A DNA stretch of 55,860 nt, counting the filler, from Sphacelaria rigidula (lineage: Eukaryota): assembly GCA_964200075.2 (NCBI GenBank). It is 6 parts of 6 records of this genome, joined end to end, with 100 filler letters (N's around TTAATTAATTAA, not from the genome) between each part and the next. Parts side by side here need not be neighbours in the genome. Positions count along the whole stretch, not along the records: positions 9,329 to 18,555 come from CAXNAA020008994.1; positions 18,656 to 27,882 come from CAXNAA020008995.1; 4 more parts are not named here. One strand, 5' to 3'. A program made the translations under genes and the position numbers. The notes beneath the pieces were generated by a model. That model saw only the letters and a program-made list of their open reading frames with translations, was not told the DNA's origin and ran no database searches. Below are positions 11,980 to 25,239 of the stretch, one piece after another. The stretch's first letter is position 1. The number at the start of each line of letters is the position of its first letter.

Positions 11980-12500
11980 CGGATGAGCTCCAGTGGACAA
12001 GTCAGCGATACCCTTTTCCATTGGATGAGTATACGTTTACGGTATAACTCTGCGGCGGTGTTGACGGTATAACACAGCGGTACTCCTTTCGATTGGATGA
12101 GTTATACCGTACAACTCAGCGGTACCTATTTCCACTCGATAAGTCATTCGATGTAACTCAGCGATACATTTTCCCACTGTATGAGTTATACTCCGTATGG
12201 TCTGACTCAGCCGTACGTATTTCCACCGGATGAACTGTACGAAATAGCTCAGCGGTAAGATTTTTCCACCGAATGAGTTATACGGAATACCTCAGCGATA
12301 CCGATTTCTCACTGGATGAAATATATGGTATAACTCAGCGATGCCTGTTTCAACTGGCTAAGCTACACGGTATAACGCATCGGTATATACTTCCACTGAA
12401 TGAGCAATATGGTATAGCTCAGCGCTCCCTCTATTCATTGGCTGAGTCAAAAAGTATACCCCATGGGCACCTGTTTCCACCGGATGAGTTATACCATATA
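11980..12500. repeat. Diverged 42-bp tandem minisatellite with internal palindrome
   Basis: Consensus ~ggatgagttatacggtataactcagcggtacctatttccact, about 11-12 units, with extra units at 11189-11280 and 11663-11765. Confidence 0.88.
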
Positions 12501-13329
12501 ATGGAGTCAATGCATGAATTGTCCGACGTATGAAAAGTTTCGATCAACACATCCGACAGGAATAACCCATATCACCTCGCCAGCACCCGGATAATTTGGT
12601 CGCAAGAAGCGTACTATCCTTAATAGTCTACGTCGTATGCCAGGCTAGATTTTCGTACAAGACCTCTGCCAATGCTCACGTCCGAAAAATTCAACTGATG
12701 ACCATAAATTTTGTACATTTCTTCTTCTGGTATACTTCCAACTTTCATAACTCGACATGGACTGTGCCGTCGCAGGTTGTTCATCATTTCGCCGACATAT
12801 GATACAAGAACACGAACGGTGCTTTCGCACACCATCGCACATGCTCCGAAGTGTCTCCCCGGCTTTCACCGTTGACACCGCTGCCCCTCGCCTCCGGCCG
12901 TCGCCCGATTGGGGATTTTTACACTGTAGAAGCCAAAACCCCACCAAAGAACGAATGACTCAACCACACATCTAAAGAAGGGTGACATGACCCACGGGCT
13001 AGTTTGCCTACGGCGTCAGCGGCGATGAAAAACGCAGACTAGCCGGTGGGTCATGTAGACAGTATTAGGCTACACGGTCATCATGCAAATGCGGAGTTTT
13101 ACCCCATGCTGGCACCTAAACTCAACCTCGCGGCTATGGACTTGCACCTCAAGTTCAAACACTGTCACGCAAAACACATCGATGGAAATGAGGAATATGA
13201 CATCATGTGCTCGATTCGGCGGACCGAAGCGTAGCAGCCGATGCATTCCAGGACGACTGCACAATCCCCTTGAAACAGAGAGCCCAGCGTGTGAATACAG
13301 AGCTAATGCTAGGTCGCGTTCAGGAAAGC

Positions 13330-16300
13330 TGAAAGTGGCGACCAACGTCCGTACTCTGACTCGTCCTTCAAGGGAAAGAACCGAGCCGGCCATGCTGAGG
13401 TGGTTTTGCAAAAGTGCAAAGCGATAGGGTGTAGCGTCAATCGACTGAAGAAGGGCCAGATGGACGAATAGAAATGAACTCTCTGCCGCGGGATACCGCG
13501 TCTTCGGCTGCGGGGTCGAGGGGTTGCAAGGGGGGGACTGGACAGCATAGGGTTCGCTTTCGTCAAGGAATCGGTCATCAGCAAGCCCAGGTGAATACGA
13601 GTGCTGATCGCCGAACGCCTCATATCGATGACTGTCAACCTGGCAGGCAAATGAAATGGTGCCACATTTGTCCTTGCCTAGCCCTCACAGATGTATTAAA
13701 CTCAAGAGAAGGGGTAGATGCCCTCGACGGAGTTGGAGAGAGCTGCGAACCGAGCTTCTAAGAATGACCACCGTTAGTTCTGATAGGCGCTGGCGCTAGG
13801 ACGGGGGAAGTATCAGGAGGGGGGAACCGTGATACGGTGGGGGCGCACCGTCGGGACTTCCGAGGTGGCGACAGCAATGGCATTGCATTGCTATACCGTA
13901 GCTTACAGATGACGAAAGGTTTCCCCTGAAAATAACGTTTCTCGCCATTCCCAAGGCAGGCACCCCCGCGTACGTCCAACGTGACTGCAAACCGTCCCGC
14001 GGACAAGAAGTATATTTACTACATAGTTACATAGTCAGCCCACCGCAACCTCGTCCGCAATGCCACTGTTCACCTTCAACCGACCACCTTCCCGGAATGT
14101 GATCACAACATCATGTTTGCCTCGGTGCGGCTCCTTGGTCGTTTCGTGCGCAACAGACCCCTGCGGATGCCCCACCGGGTGCAAATCCATCGGCAGGCGA
14201 GCGATAACGTCGGGCCCCAGCAGCCGTGAACAGCTCACCTAGCTCATAATCAGCGAGCTCAAGCAGGTGAATCCAGCGACACAGTCGGCGGATTGGCTAC
14301 GAACTTTGCCGATGTGCTCCTGAGCTTCGCTGAAACGGTGATGCCGCTATCTACCCGATTGCCACGCTCACAGGCGTGAATTGAGGATTCTGCAATTCGA
14401 TCCGAGTTCAAATAGGTCCGGCATGAGGGGGAGAAAGCGAGGTCGGCGATGCGAGTACTGCCAGCAGGAATCCCCGCATGCTGCACCTTGCGAGCAGAGT
14501 GGAAGAGGCTCAAAGAGATTATCGAAGTCGAGACGGGCAGGTTCCTCGATGTATATGCGGAGAGACCGGGGAGGTACGTGAGAACGTGGAACATGAGAGG
14601 GTGGTGCGGGTATCTGAAAGTATCGTGGAAATTAGCGGAAATATCGTAGCGAGCGAGCAGTTTACTGAGGACGAGGACCGAGAACTCTTGCGGGCACGAA
14701 AGGGCCACTCTGTAAACTATGGGAACGATAATTCTCCACCTCGCTGAGTGACACACCTCCAATAATCGATCAAGTCGTCATTGAAAACATAGCCAAGCGG
14801 CCGACATATCAGGGTGATTCCATGTCTGCCAGGGACTCACGCAAGGATTCGTGCCGTCGTCGCTACGGTTCAACATCTTCGGCGAATGATCAGTCGACGT
14901 GATTGTTCATCTTTCCGCAGCAGACCTGGTCATCGTGTCAGACTTGTATATCTACATGATGCGCCGAAAAGTGAGGGTGGTGTTGCCCTGAAAAGAGACG
15001 CCGCTGGAATGGGTGTGGCGAACGATATCGGGAAATGCTATGCGCCGATGACGGCGGCGGCACCAGATCCTCCCAGCTGTCCGTCAAACTTTACCCGCTC
15101 ATAGGTGAACGATCAGAGGTAATGCAGCCTACAAGCACGTCGTAGGCTTCACCATGCCACCAAGGTTGTTGGGGGTATTTGCTCCTGCGCCATCTCGCGC
15201 GAGAGCGGACAGAGTAGTAGCTGTTTTTGGTGCGAACTGTGCCTTCAACGAAGGACCCCTGCTCAGCCACCTGGGAAGGGAGCAAGGTCTCCCTACAGGC
15301 ATCTCCAGATCTTACGAAGGAAGCTTCACAGTAGTCTGAAAGGCAACAAGGTGGTTGCGCTTGTGTTTTTTCACCAGCATAAACTCTCAGTCAGGTTGTC
15401 TGAGGCTTTCACCTCAAGATTTCGGTGGTCCGCCAACTTTGACTTTGCCGAGGTTTTTCAGGGAATTCCTCTACAGTGTCGCACCCGATTTAGTGTCACG
15501 TTCTTCACAACCACCCCCCGAAAAAACGCGATGGAGTCGAAGAAGTGAACAGAGCACAGGATCACAGTAATGGTGATACAAAGCTGTAGTACCCATCTGA
15601 AGCTAATTCCCATGATCCGGCTCCACCTAGTACAGCACGGAAGCCAGCGATGGATATCCCTCCACAAACAGCTCAGACGGACAGCAAAATCTGTACAAGC
15701 CAAACAGGCATTTTCTGATATGCCCGTCCGACACGCGATCGGATATCACGAAGGCTGCACGAATGTCAACAAGCCAAAACTCTAGAGGCAGGTACACTAG
15801 CTCCTAGCCTATGTTCAACACCGAGAGTGAACCCATCCACTATCGGGAAAGTGCAATATTTGCAGGAGACCATCTTCAGATTTTCTAGATACCTTCCTCT
15901 TCGGCAAGGGTATACGCAGTCAGAAGGTGGAGGGCTGGTGGGAATACGTCCGAGCTAAACATAGCGGCCTCATTTGTGCCTGCAGCTGCTGCGTGTATCG
16001 AGATAGTGTCATCCCGGTGGGGGGTGTTGAGACATGTGAGATGCGGCGCAAAATCGCATCAGACCATAGCTGGTATCCAAAATGAGCGGGCGATAATTGC
16101 ACCACGCTGAGGCGTGTTCATTATGGGGGATATCGTCTCTCGTAATCATGGGCGCATACATCAATCCACTGGTAGGAAAGACGGTAGAAGCAAGTGTATG
16201 CCGTTGTCGCTATGGTGGCGCGTGAAGCGTGCTAGCGGGATCGATGCGGAAGGTATAACGCACACACGTACCGTCGACTCCCGGTGTCGTCAGCAAGACC

Positions 16301-16360
16301 GTAAACCTCTTGCCATCAAACGTCTGATACTGCGGGAACGGCACCGACTCGCGAGATTCT
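13330..16360 (+). mobile_element. Highly decayed APE-type LINE (family A, RTE-like)
   Basis: KLKVATNVRTL (APE start) ~13330; YIYYIVT..HRNLVRNATVH..DHNIM (APE end) ~14010-14115; SEQFTEDEDRELLR linker ~14655; faint RT remnants after that; many stops and frameshifts; ends approximate. Confidence 0.65.
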
Positions 16361-17245
16361 AAGGACAGGTGGTCACCTCGGCCGTCCAGTTCGATGCAGA
16401 TGGTTCAGCGTGAAGCATGTCGAAGAGATAGCGATCAAGAGCATCACCCAAGCTTTTTCCCGATCTTTCAGCGCTTTGGTCATACCTACGATTCCCGGTA
16501 GTTCGCTCGCTGTCAGAACGCAATCGATACCGCCCAGTGAACAGAGTCGATGCGCGTGAGCTAGAAGTTCTGCACGGTACATGAAAAAGTCGAGTCAGGG
16601 TACCATGGTTTGGTTCAGTGCGTCGATACACTCCCTCGACTGACATGAATATTCAGCCTCGCGCACATCCCGCGATTCGCACAAGGGCGTCGCTACATCA
16701 CGTCCCATACGCTTGTGCACCCAAAAGCGCACCGACATGCACGAATCATCCATCACTATGTACACGAGGCACGGTTGATGACCACCTCCTGGAGGAGGAG
16801 AAGGCAACGTTGAGTTGTACAGATATATGGTGAAATTCATCTACAGAAAGGAGTACTCTAAATTTCTTAGCAAGCTGAATCAAAACGCGAAATTCTCATC
16901 ATGGTCACTGTCAGGTTTTCAGCGCCGAGTCCTCTCTCTCCGACGCGCTGCATTTGGAAATCTGAAATTCCAACGCAGATCTCGGCTGAATAGTTCGACT
17001 CTCGGCCCACGAGCCCATCTGTTCCACCGTCGCAACAATTACGACAGATCGGATTTGGTCCCGGACCCGCTCCCCTTACCACCTCCCTTCCGCCGTGGCT
17101 CCAGCACAGCTCCCCATGACTCATATGGGCAGCTGCCCCCGACGAGGTACCCGCTACACTCGCCTCGCCTCTCCCATGGTTCGCGGTGGACCCGCCCCTC
17201 CCATAGAGAGATCGGCCTGGTGCGCCGCTATTTCCGCCGTCGGTA

Positions 17246-18058
17246 TCACCAGTGGGAGTCGCGCCGGTCGCTCGCGAAGGGGGCGGAGGAAAGAAGCAGT
17301 GTGACCCCGCTAACCGCAACTCGGTGTGCAGTTCCACGAGCACCTACACCCTCGGCATCTCTGATCTCTTTGTGCCGATTTTGCCGGCGCGCATGAACAT
17401 CAGAGGGTTCGCAGGTCCCTCGATGTACAAAGCGTTTTCGTACTGGGAAAAAAAGTATCGTGGCCGGCAGCTTCATGCCCTCGTCGGCGTGCACCCTCAG
17501 CGTACCATCTTTGACCGCCAGTATCGGTGTTGTGAACAGATCTGGTCTTCTCATGGCCTTCAGAACGAAATCCCACATCTCAAGGGAAGGAGTCCTGGAC
17601 ACACGTGGTGAGAGGTCGCATCCAGCCAACATATTTGTAGATTCGAACAGTGCCACCTCCCTCGATTGCGTTAGCCAAGGATAATGTCCCTCGAGTGGCC
17701 AAGCACTCTCGCCCTCGTGTCCCAGATCTTCGATCGCGCTGTATACCCTGTTCATTAGCATATACCGGGGGCCACCATTCACAATGCATTTGACGGTGAC
17801 TCTCGCCGCGTCTGAGCCCTGCGGCGTGATACACCCGGAGGACACAGCCAGGAGTACAATCAGCCACTGGTCAGTATCGATGGAAGTCACGACCCACTTC
17901 TTCAAGTTCTCTTCCAACGATGTGGACTGAGGACATCTCTCCCTCGTCGATGCCGAGTCCAACTGCACTGTGGATCCTCCGATCAGGCCCACCCCCATGG
18001 CGCCACCACGAAGGATGATGCTGTGAGCCACGACTAGAAGGGTGGGGGAGCGCCGCAC
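17246..18058. mobile_element. Possible decayed retroelement (gag-like) sequence; the 270-aa minus-strand ORF has no recognisable domain
   Basis: GC-rich coding-like composition and weak gag-like fragments on the + strand (KAFSYWEKKY); no diagnostic motif. Confidence 0.2.
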
Positions 18059-18117
18059 TCGGCAGATGCACTTCTTCTGCTAATGTTCCCTCCCTCTTGC
18101 TGCTTGTGGCTGCTTCT

Positions 18118-18555
18118 CTCAGCCTGGTCTGGCGAGAACCCGGCGTGCTCCGCCCCGGCGTTGTAGGGGCGGACCCCCGATGGGGTTAGCGCCGGTTGGC
18201 GATGACGCTGTAAAATACGCCACTCTCTGCGTAACCAGGTCAACGATGTTTTTTGCGCGCTTGTGCTTAATGTGCGGTAATCATTATGATAGTCGAGCTA
18301 GATCATGTTGTGCGGCGTGGGAGAACCTCAACTCCGCACAAAGGGGATGATCGTACCACGTAGTCACGTAGTGTTTAAATGTTGAGACATCCATGAGGCA
18401 GTGTATAAGACGTGACTGTCTCTGGAAGTGGCGATACCAGAAAATGAAGCAAATCATTGCAGGCTGCCATCCAAATGCAGGGTAATCAGTACGCTTCGGG
18501 CCGCACAATCTTAGCAGAATGCAGCTCACCCTTCATGCGACTCGCCGAACACATC
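18118..18555. repeat. Dispersed repeat, same family as 9350-9850
   Basis: Direct sequence similarity to 9350-9850. Confidence 0.8.
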
Positions 18556-18655
18556 NNNNNNNNNNNNNNNNNNNNNNNNNNNNNNNNNNNNNNNNNNNNT
18601 TAATTAATTAANNNNNNNNNNNNNNNNNNNNNNNNNNNNNNNNNNNNNNNNNNNN
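18556..18655. other. Artificial contig-joining spacer
   Basis: Identical 100-bp N/TTAATTAATTAA/N linker. Confidence 0.98.
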
Positions 18656-18889
18656 TGGGTCCATCTCTTGGTGTGCGTCGTGCCGGGATCCGTCACGAAT
18701 CACCTGCCGCGGGATAGGGTTGGACGTGCGGTGGGGGCGGCGGTCGCGATCACCGGTGGAGCCGCCTACCCTTTCTTCCGTCTCTGCTGATCGTAGCGAC
18801 GAAGAATGGTACATTTTTATTCGCACTCTTCGTGTGCGGCGAGTCGTGTAGTCACTGGTTTGGTGGGATTATTCCGGCATTTCGTTATT

Positions 18890-19160
18890 TCAAGATCAAC
18901 CCAAACGCTTGGACATACCCGTCACAGTGGATGCTTTGGGGGCGATGGCACAGTTGAGTCTTCAGCCGTACCGCGCCTACTTTTCCGGAGAGAGATGCCA
19001 TTATTATTGTTATCATTGTTTTGTTTTTTGTTGTTTCTGTTTTTCCCGGACATCAGCCCGATCTCTCGAACCCGTGGTCACAGTCGTGGGCTCGCCTCTC
19101 CAGTACCCTCTCTACCATCCCTTACATGAGGCTCCAAAAGAAACAAGAACGAAATACGAA
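18890..19160 (+). mobile_element. Possible decayed REL-endonuclease 3' fragment of a non-LTR element
   Basis: KRLDIPVTVDAL...DIS...KETRTKY resembles the R.D...D....K..KY REL layout. Confidence 0.3.
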
Positions 19161-19544
19161 GAGATAGACGTCAACAAAGCAGAGGGAAAAGCAAAGAACC
19201 TTCGAGTTGGTCTGGGGGGGTACTCATATGTTGCTTGCCTTGAACAACATTTTCGTGAGATTGAGAATACAGCGCTGATTGAGAGTGGCTTTGATAATTC
19301 GCTGAAACTTAGCGAATTTCTCATCCCGTGTGTGCTCTTCTTCGCCTCCATTACTGGCGTGTGCGTACAGCTACACGTCGATATCCTACTCAGGGATATC
19401 AAAGGCCTCAGTGGCAAGCTACCACGGAAAGCATACTGGGCCTCGGGGAGGGGCATTTCGGAGCTGGAACGATTCATTCACTCATTGACCGCTTTCCACT
19501 CTCAATCGTATCCTCTACTCTCAATCTCATTAAAAGACTGTTGT

Positions 19545-21177
19545 TCTCAGTCGTTTGACCATTGACCGCGCATCCCTTGCGAAACGGAGCACAGTCCCTA
19601 CTCCTAATGAAAACGCCTCCAACATTTGGGCGCTCATAACGTTCCATCCATACATTACGCAAAACCTTCTACCCGTACATATATTATCCCCGTCCCGTTT
19701 CGACGTCTGTGGCCACCATCTGTCTCCTAGTGTGACAATCGTTTCTTCGCTGCTTTCTAGTGCATCGAACGATTTCATGCCACCTTCGTTCACGTCCCGC
19801 ATTTCCTCCTCTAGCACGTCCCGTTCCTCCTTGAATAGTTCAGACTCTGGCACTAGATGACCTCTACTCTCAATTGCTTTGCTACAGGGGCAATTCTGTA
19901 CATCTACTTCCTTCTTCTCTCGACTACTAGTATCTATCTTTCTTCATTTTGGCAGGTCCAGGTCCCCCACTCGAAATCGCAGTTTCAGTTTCTCGCGCAG
20001 TCCGTTGGACCATGCCAATATGTGTTCATACCTACCCCCTGTCCCAACCCCCCGTATAACTTCAGGTGTTCTTCCTCGTCTACTTTTGCGTCTGAGCGTT
20101 TTTTTTCCCCTTGTTTCTGTCATGTCTCTTACTTTCGTCTTGTACCCCCCGCACCTTCATCCATGGACAGTATTTCGTCTTTGTTTCCTCCTATCTCCTT
20201 CCATGCTTTCTCGATTACTCTATCCCACCTTATTCCAGTCCTTTCGTCATTTTCTTCCATACAGCCAGCCCTATCAAGTGTGAATGGCAATCTCTTACTC
20301 GGCATGTTCTTTGCGTTATGTTGCCACCCCAATGTTCTCATATATCTGTTCGTTTGAAGTGGGTACATTGCCAACTCTGCTCTCAATGCTGAATTACTCG
20401 TCGTTTCTGAGCATCTAAGTATGTATGTTATTAGCTGCGGCCATCTGTACTGTTTCCAATTTCTTAAGTAATTTCACGTTCCCCTCCCATACTTCTCCTG
20501 CACATTCCAGCCTTGGTACGATCGCGTTCATCAGGGTGCATCTCTTGATCATAGTATCTATGCGCAAGTCTTCGAGTATCATGTCCATCCTGCCTATCTG
20601 TGCCTTACCCTTATCTGCTACTTTATTTATGTGTGCATCCCAAGAACGGTATCTCGAAATCTCTGCATCAAGATATGTGTACTGGTCTACGATCGGCCAT
20701 TCCTCTTATCTCCATGCCCATGGGAACTCTACCGAGTTCTTCTTACCATCGTTACATACAAGTACCGTTAATTTGGTGACGTTCGCTGTCGCTCTCTGTT
20801 TTCTAGTGTATTCAAGCGCCTCCTCTCTTCGTTTCCGCAATCCTTCGGGTGTTTCTGGTATCCCCACGAAATCATCCGCGAACATTAACCCTGATACCGT
20901 ATCTTCCCCCACATTGACTTCTTGCTTTGCTGTTTCTATTGCTCGTATGTGGTATACAATAGATACTGCGAATGAAGTGGGCTATAGCGTACATCTCCGT
21001 GCAACTCCTTGTAAAATATCGACATATTTTGATATTTCCTCATCTAGCACCACAGCACCTTTCGTACATTTTGTCATCTTCTTCACTACTCTCCACACTT
21101 TCCCTCTAATGGAAGTTTCCCACATCTTTTTCCACAGCCCATGTCTCCATACTTTGTCATAGGCCTTTTGTACGTCG
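19545..21177 (-). mobile_element. 5'-truncated LINE (family B), RT domain and 3' region, pseudogenised
   Basis: DVQKAYDKVWRHGLW (~21132-21176), GVA.RCTL.PT, VSGLMFADDFVGI (~20865-20898), and a C-terminal region homologous to 25240-26020. Confidence 0.9.
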
Positions 21178-21299
21178 GCCGGGATGTGATAAATGCAAAC
21201 AAGTCAGATCTACGAATAAAGTAAAGTCATTCGAGTGATGGCGCGCGTTGGTCGCATTCACCTGCGTGGTGGTTCACGTTGTCATGTACACCTTAGCCC

Positions 21300-23700
21300 C
21301 TTCCTCCACAACGTGGTACCACTTGGAAGCATCTCGGGCGATCTGCGTCTTATGGTGTCGCACCTATTCTCAAGTCGGAGCGGTCCTCGGTGACGTTATG
21401 TTGTAGACATCTCACGGGTCGGCCTACCTTCTCCTTGCCTCCGACTATTTATCCGCGCAAGACTATGCTTAATGGGGGGGGGGGTTCTTCGTGCCTGCGC
21501 GCGACGTGGCCGGCGTGTAGGAGGATTTGTTTCATCACGGCAGCCTCTATGAACTTACAGCCAATTGTTTCGAGGACCTCGCGGTATGCCATCATGTGGT
21601 AGTCGGGATCGCTGCGGGTTGAGATATGCTCGTTGAGGCACCTCAGCAGGAACCCCGATGGGCTTCCCGCAACGTGCCGAACTTAGTGTTGGGCGAGAGC
21701 GTCAAAGCCACCCAGCCGTACAGCATGGCCTTGATCACTTCTGCCTTCAGGAAACAAACCATTTCGGGCAGGGCAATGCACGAGTTGCCGTATACCGCTC
21801 TGTTGCACTTGGCGAAGCACTTCCAGGCGTGGTCAATGCGGCTGTTGAACTCAGGAGTGACACCACAGATGCTGTTGATGGTGTCGCCGAAATATACGAA
21901 AGACTCTGCTTGCTTGTACTTTTGATATGTCGCCTCCACCTCGACCACATCCACTCTCTTGTTTGGATACCGCATGTGCATCGTCTTCTTTCCGTCACGA
22001 CGAGATAGAACGCCGCACAGCTTCGACGATGGCCGTCATCATCGTTTCCAGGCTTACTTGAGACCGCGAAGCGATGCCAGAGTCGTCTGCGTACGGCATG
22101 GCCCAGAGAATCTTACCAAATTTGTCTCTGTTCCTCCCGCTCCTTGCAATGATGCGAATGATGCCATCCATCAGCGCTACATCGATCGAGGAACGGTCGG
22201 ACGTCACCGTCAGCACCGCTACAGCACCGCCAAAGCACCGCCACGATGATGCTGAACAAATCGGGAGCAATCACACAGACTTGGCGGAGACCCTGGTTAA
22301 CTTCAAACCCCTCAGATATCTCTCGCCGCTGTCAAAGCGCACGCACGCGCGAAAAGATATTGAACCGGCGGAAAATGGATATCATCTTGGCGGGGACGTC
22401 GTATCGTGCTAGCATCTAACACGTAAGAGAGCAGTCGACCGAGTCGTACGCCTTCTGGAGGTTGATGAAGCACAAATGCAGCGCGGAATATGTTTCTCTC
22501 TGGCCAGTTTTTGGAGTCTGCGCACGTCGTATGTCATGTCAACTGTCGACCTGCCAGATCGGAAACCGCACTGAGCTTCCGGATGGATTCCCTTCCAGTT
22601 GCAGGGGGCGGTGAGACGTACGCAACTACTACGAAAGATACCTTGCCCACGTGGGCCCCTAGCGAAATACCGCGGTAGTTTGTGTACAGGTGCTGTTCTC
22701 TGAATAGCACCTTAGTGACGCCGTCTTTCCATCCCTCAGGCACTACTTCCTGACGCCACACTGTGAGCACGATGCTTTGGAAGCACTTCAGCATGACGGA
22801 GCACACGGGAGGTCCTCGCCGTTCGTCAGAGTGCTCACTGCTTTCTGCACTTCTCCCATCAAGGGCTTGGCCGCAAGCGGGGCGTGCTCCAGCACCTCTT
22901 CAAAGAGATCGATAACAGAAGGATCGAGCGTATGCGAAATTGCGTTCAAGAGCTTTGCAAACCACCCTTTCCAAAGGTGCATCGTGCCGTGCAATCATTT
23001 CCCGTAAGAATGTGACTGACCGGGGATAGCTCTGCTGCGATTCGCCGGTCATTTTTCTCTTCTTTCTTTGCATTTCCAAACGCCCGCGTATTATCGTAGA
23101 TGATGACGAAAATCGCGAGTTCTCGTGTCGGACGCTGTAAACTTAACCCCTGTTTCGTCACGGCAAGCTACTGCACACGGTATGACCGTTTTTGAGAAGT
23201 GATGGCGATGTATTATATATGTGAGGGTCAAAGCACAACCGGCACTTTTGAGCATTACAGGGTGGCGCGAAACGAGGGAAGGCACTTTTTTCCCCTCTCT
23301 TGGTGTTGGCCACCAGCGTACGCTGCTTCTCTCGAAAAACATTGCTTCGCACCTCACCAAGGCAACGCCCATAATATTGCGGTCATCAGCGTTATATTGC
23401 AAGACGTTTGACGGGTTCATATAAATCTTGCCGACTGCAGATTTTGGTATATGTCCGATAATGTGTCGAAGGAGTCAGCTCAAAACACACACCTTAGCTG
23501 ACTTTACTACGAACGATTCGTGGGCAGCTACGTTCGGGATAACGCTGTGCTGGCACCAAATGCGGAAGTCTCCTGCGCTACGTCGTCTTTTGGGGTAATA
23601 TATATATATATATATATATACGCACGTGATGCAGGGACCCGTGACAGCTAATTGGAAAAGGTGAGGCAGCTGCTTGTAGCTGATTTGCCTCCGGTTGGTC
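21300..23700 (-). mobile_element. Decayed LINE (family A, RTE-like) with RT
   Basis: WFAKLLNAISHTLDPS; VVPEGWKDG..KVL...NYRGISL.AHVGKV; CFINLQKAYDSVD (~22435-22473); WAMPYADDSGIASRS (~22082-22093); FVYFGDTI; AMLYGWVA; ends approximate. Confidence 0.88.
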
Positions 23701-23869
23701 GACCACGAGGCCCGAATGACCCTTTTGTCGGCAGTGAACCCGCTCCACAGGCAACAACCAGGTATCGCAGCATGACTGGAAACGGAGCGCTGGCGGCCCT
23801 GAAAGGTTAATCTCACGACACCCCCGACATTATCCCACCACAAGAGTACGTCCTAGTTCAGAGGGTGTT

Positions 23870-24330
23870 CCTTAGAAACGAGCCCTGCGTTGCCACATTG
23901 GTGTCCGACATGCGGCGCAGCAGACGTCACCATCCATCGTGCGCGCATCTGTCACAGATCAAAAGCCAAGGTGAACCAACACCACCCACTGGTCCACGCA
24001 ATGGCGACACTCCTCAAGCGGCTGGGGGTGGAGGATGGTACCACGTTTACTGAAAATCGATATTCCAGTATGGGCATCCTCATCCCGGCCGAGAAACTCC
24101 GTGACCTCACCCGCACCAATATCGGGAGTAGAGCCTCCTGATCGACATCACACACGTCGATCCCCAGTCGGCGGAACACCTCCGACGGGAAAGCGCTACC
24201 GTCGACGGCTCTGTAGTCGCGACATCCAAGGCGCGCAGAAGCACACACTAGCGGTTGAATCTTGGGCGCCACGGGACCTATGGGGACGGAATGATCGCCC
24301 AGATGGCTACTGGTGTCGAGGGGGGTGAAG
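23870..24330 (+). mobile_element. 3' fragment of REL-type (CRE-like) non-LTR retrotransposon
   Basis: CCHC knuckle CPTCGAADVTIHRARICH, then HPLVHAM..LKRLGVE...SMGILI...LIDITHVDP...KARRSTH, the knuckle plus restriction-like endonuclease arrangement. Confidence 0.6.
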
Positions 24331-24954
24331 AGGGAGAAGGTCTGCCCGGCAAGGGAGCTTCTAGATAAGATCGGGCAGGTGATCTCGGTGACGTTTTGCT
24401 GACGTTTTTTTTGTTGGTGTTCCTTCCTGCTGACGTTGGTTTTGGGTCTGTTTGCTCTCGTCCCGAGATAAAAGTATTTCCACTCGACCTCGGTTTGTCT
24501 GTTTCATGGCCACCGTGTTGATTTGTTCTTGTTGGGCTGCTATCGGAGTTGGGTCATTCCAGTGTTTCCTTCGTTGTTGAGCGATGGAGGTTTATCGTGC
24601 TTTTCCAACCTGAGGATTCTGTCTGTCGATCCTGTGATACTTCTTATAAGGTGATCATATCTCCCCAACGGAGGTGCCTAGGATGCTTCAGTTAGGTTCA
24701 GTGAAAAGATACACTTATGGATGAATCCATTGGGGGGGGGGGGAATCGGAGCCATCGTTGTCGAGAATATTTCGGGCGAAATCGTCCGTATTTCGAGAAT
24801 AAATTGGGTTTTTTAAAGCTTTTTTCACGTGTTGTTTTCGAATTACCCGCCTTTATTCAAATTTTTGACGTACCACAACCACGATGGACGCTCCCGTACA
24901 CACATACCCCACATCGTAAATGGAGTGCCGAAGGATCATCGAGCCACCGATACA

Positions 24955-25170
24955 CCATGGCGGTGGTAATAGCGCTGGTCACTCCGCTGGGCAACTCAAG
25001 AGTGTCGCGAGGTATTATTCTAGGTCTACTCTCCGAGTGCTCCGGTGTTGGTCCAGAGTTTCTGACGAAAGTGTGGAAAACCACACAACTCAGATGAGCG
25101 ACACGAGGGAGCTCGATCTCTCAAACAAACGTTGGAGTGGGCGGCCGTCGCTTCTTCAAAGGCCGCAGCG
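24955..25170 (+). mobile_element. Possible Tc1/mariner transposase N-terminal remnant
   Basis: VSRGIILGLLSECSGVGPEFLTKVWK...GGRR resembles HTH plus GRK/GRP starts of mariner-like transposases; in-frame stop. Confidence 0.25.
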
Positions 25171-25239
25171 CTACGGACGGCCGACGAGATATTTTTGACG
25201 TATTTTCGACATCCTCTCACCCCCACCCCCCCTCCCCCA

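Noticed and set aside
11980-12500. CRISPR-like array (palindromic repeats at regular spacing)
   Set aside because: Inter-palindrome segments are homologous to each other rather than unique spacers; eukaryotic context; no cas genes
9350-18555. Similar sequences at both ends of contig 2 read as LTRs of one retrotransposon
   Set aside because: Sub-blocks are in a different order, part of the repeat recurs at 45085, no TG..CA/PBS/PPT was seen, and the interior holds a probable host exon and a LINE
20425-21162. 245-aa + strand ORF as a gene
   Set aside because: Antisense to the LINE reverse transcriptase on the minus strand
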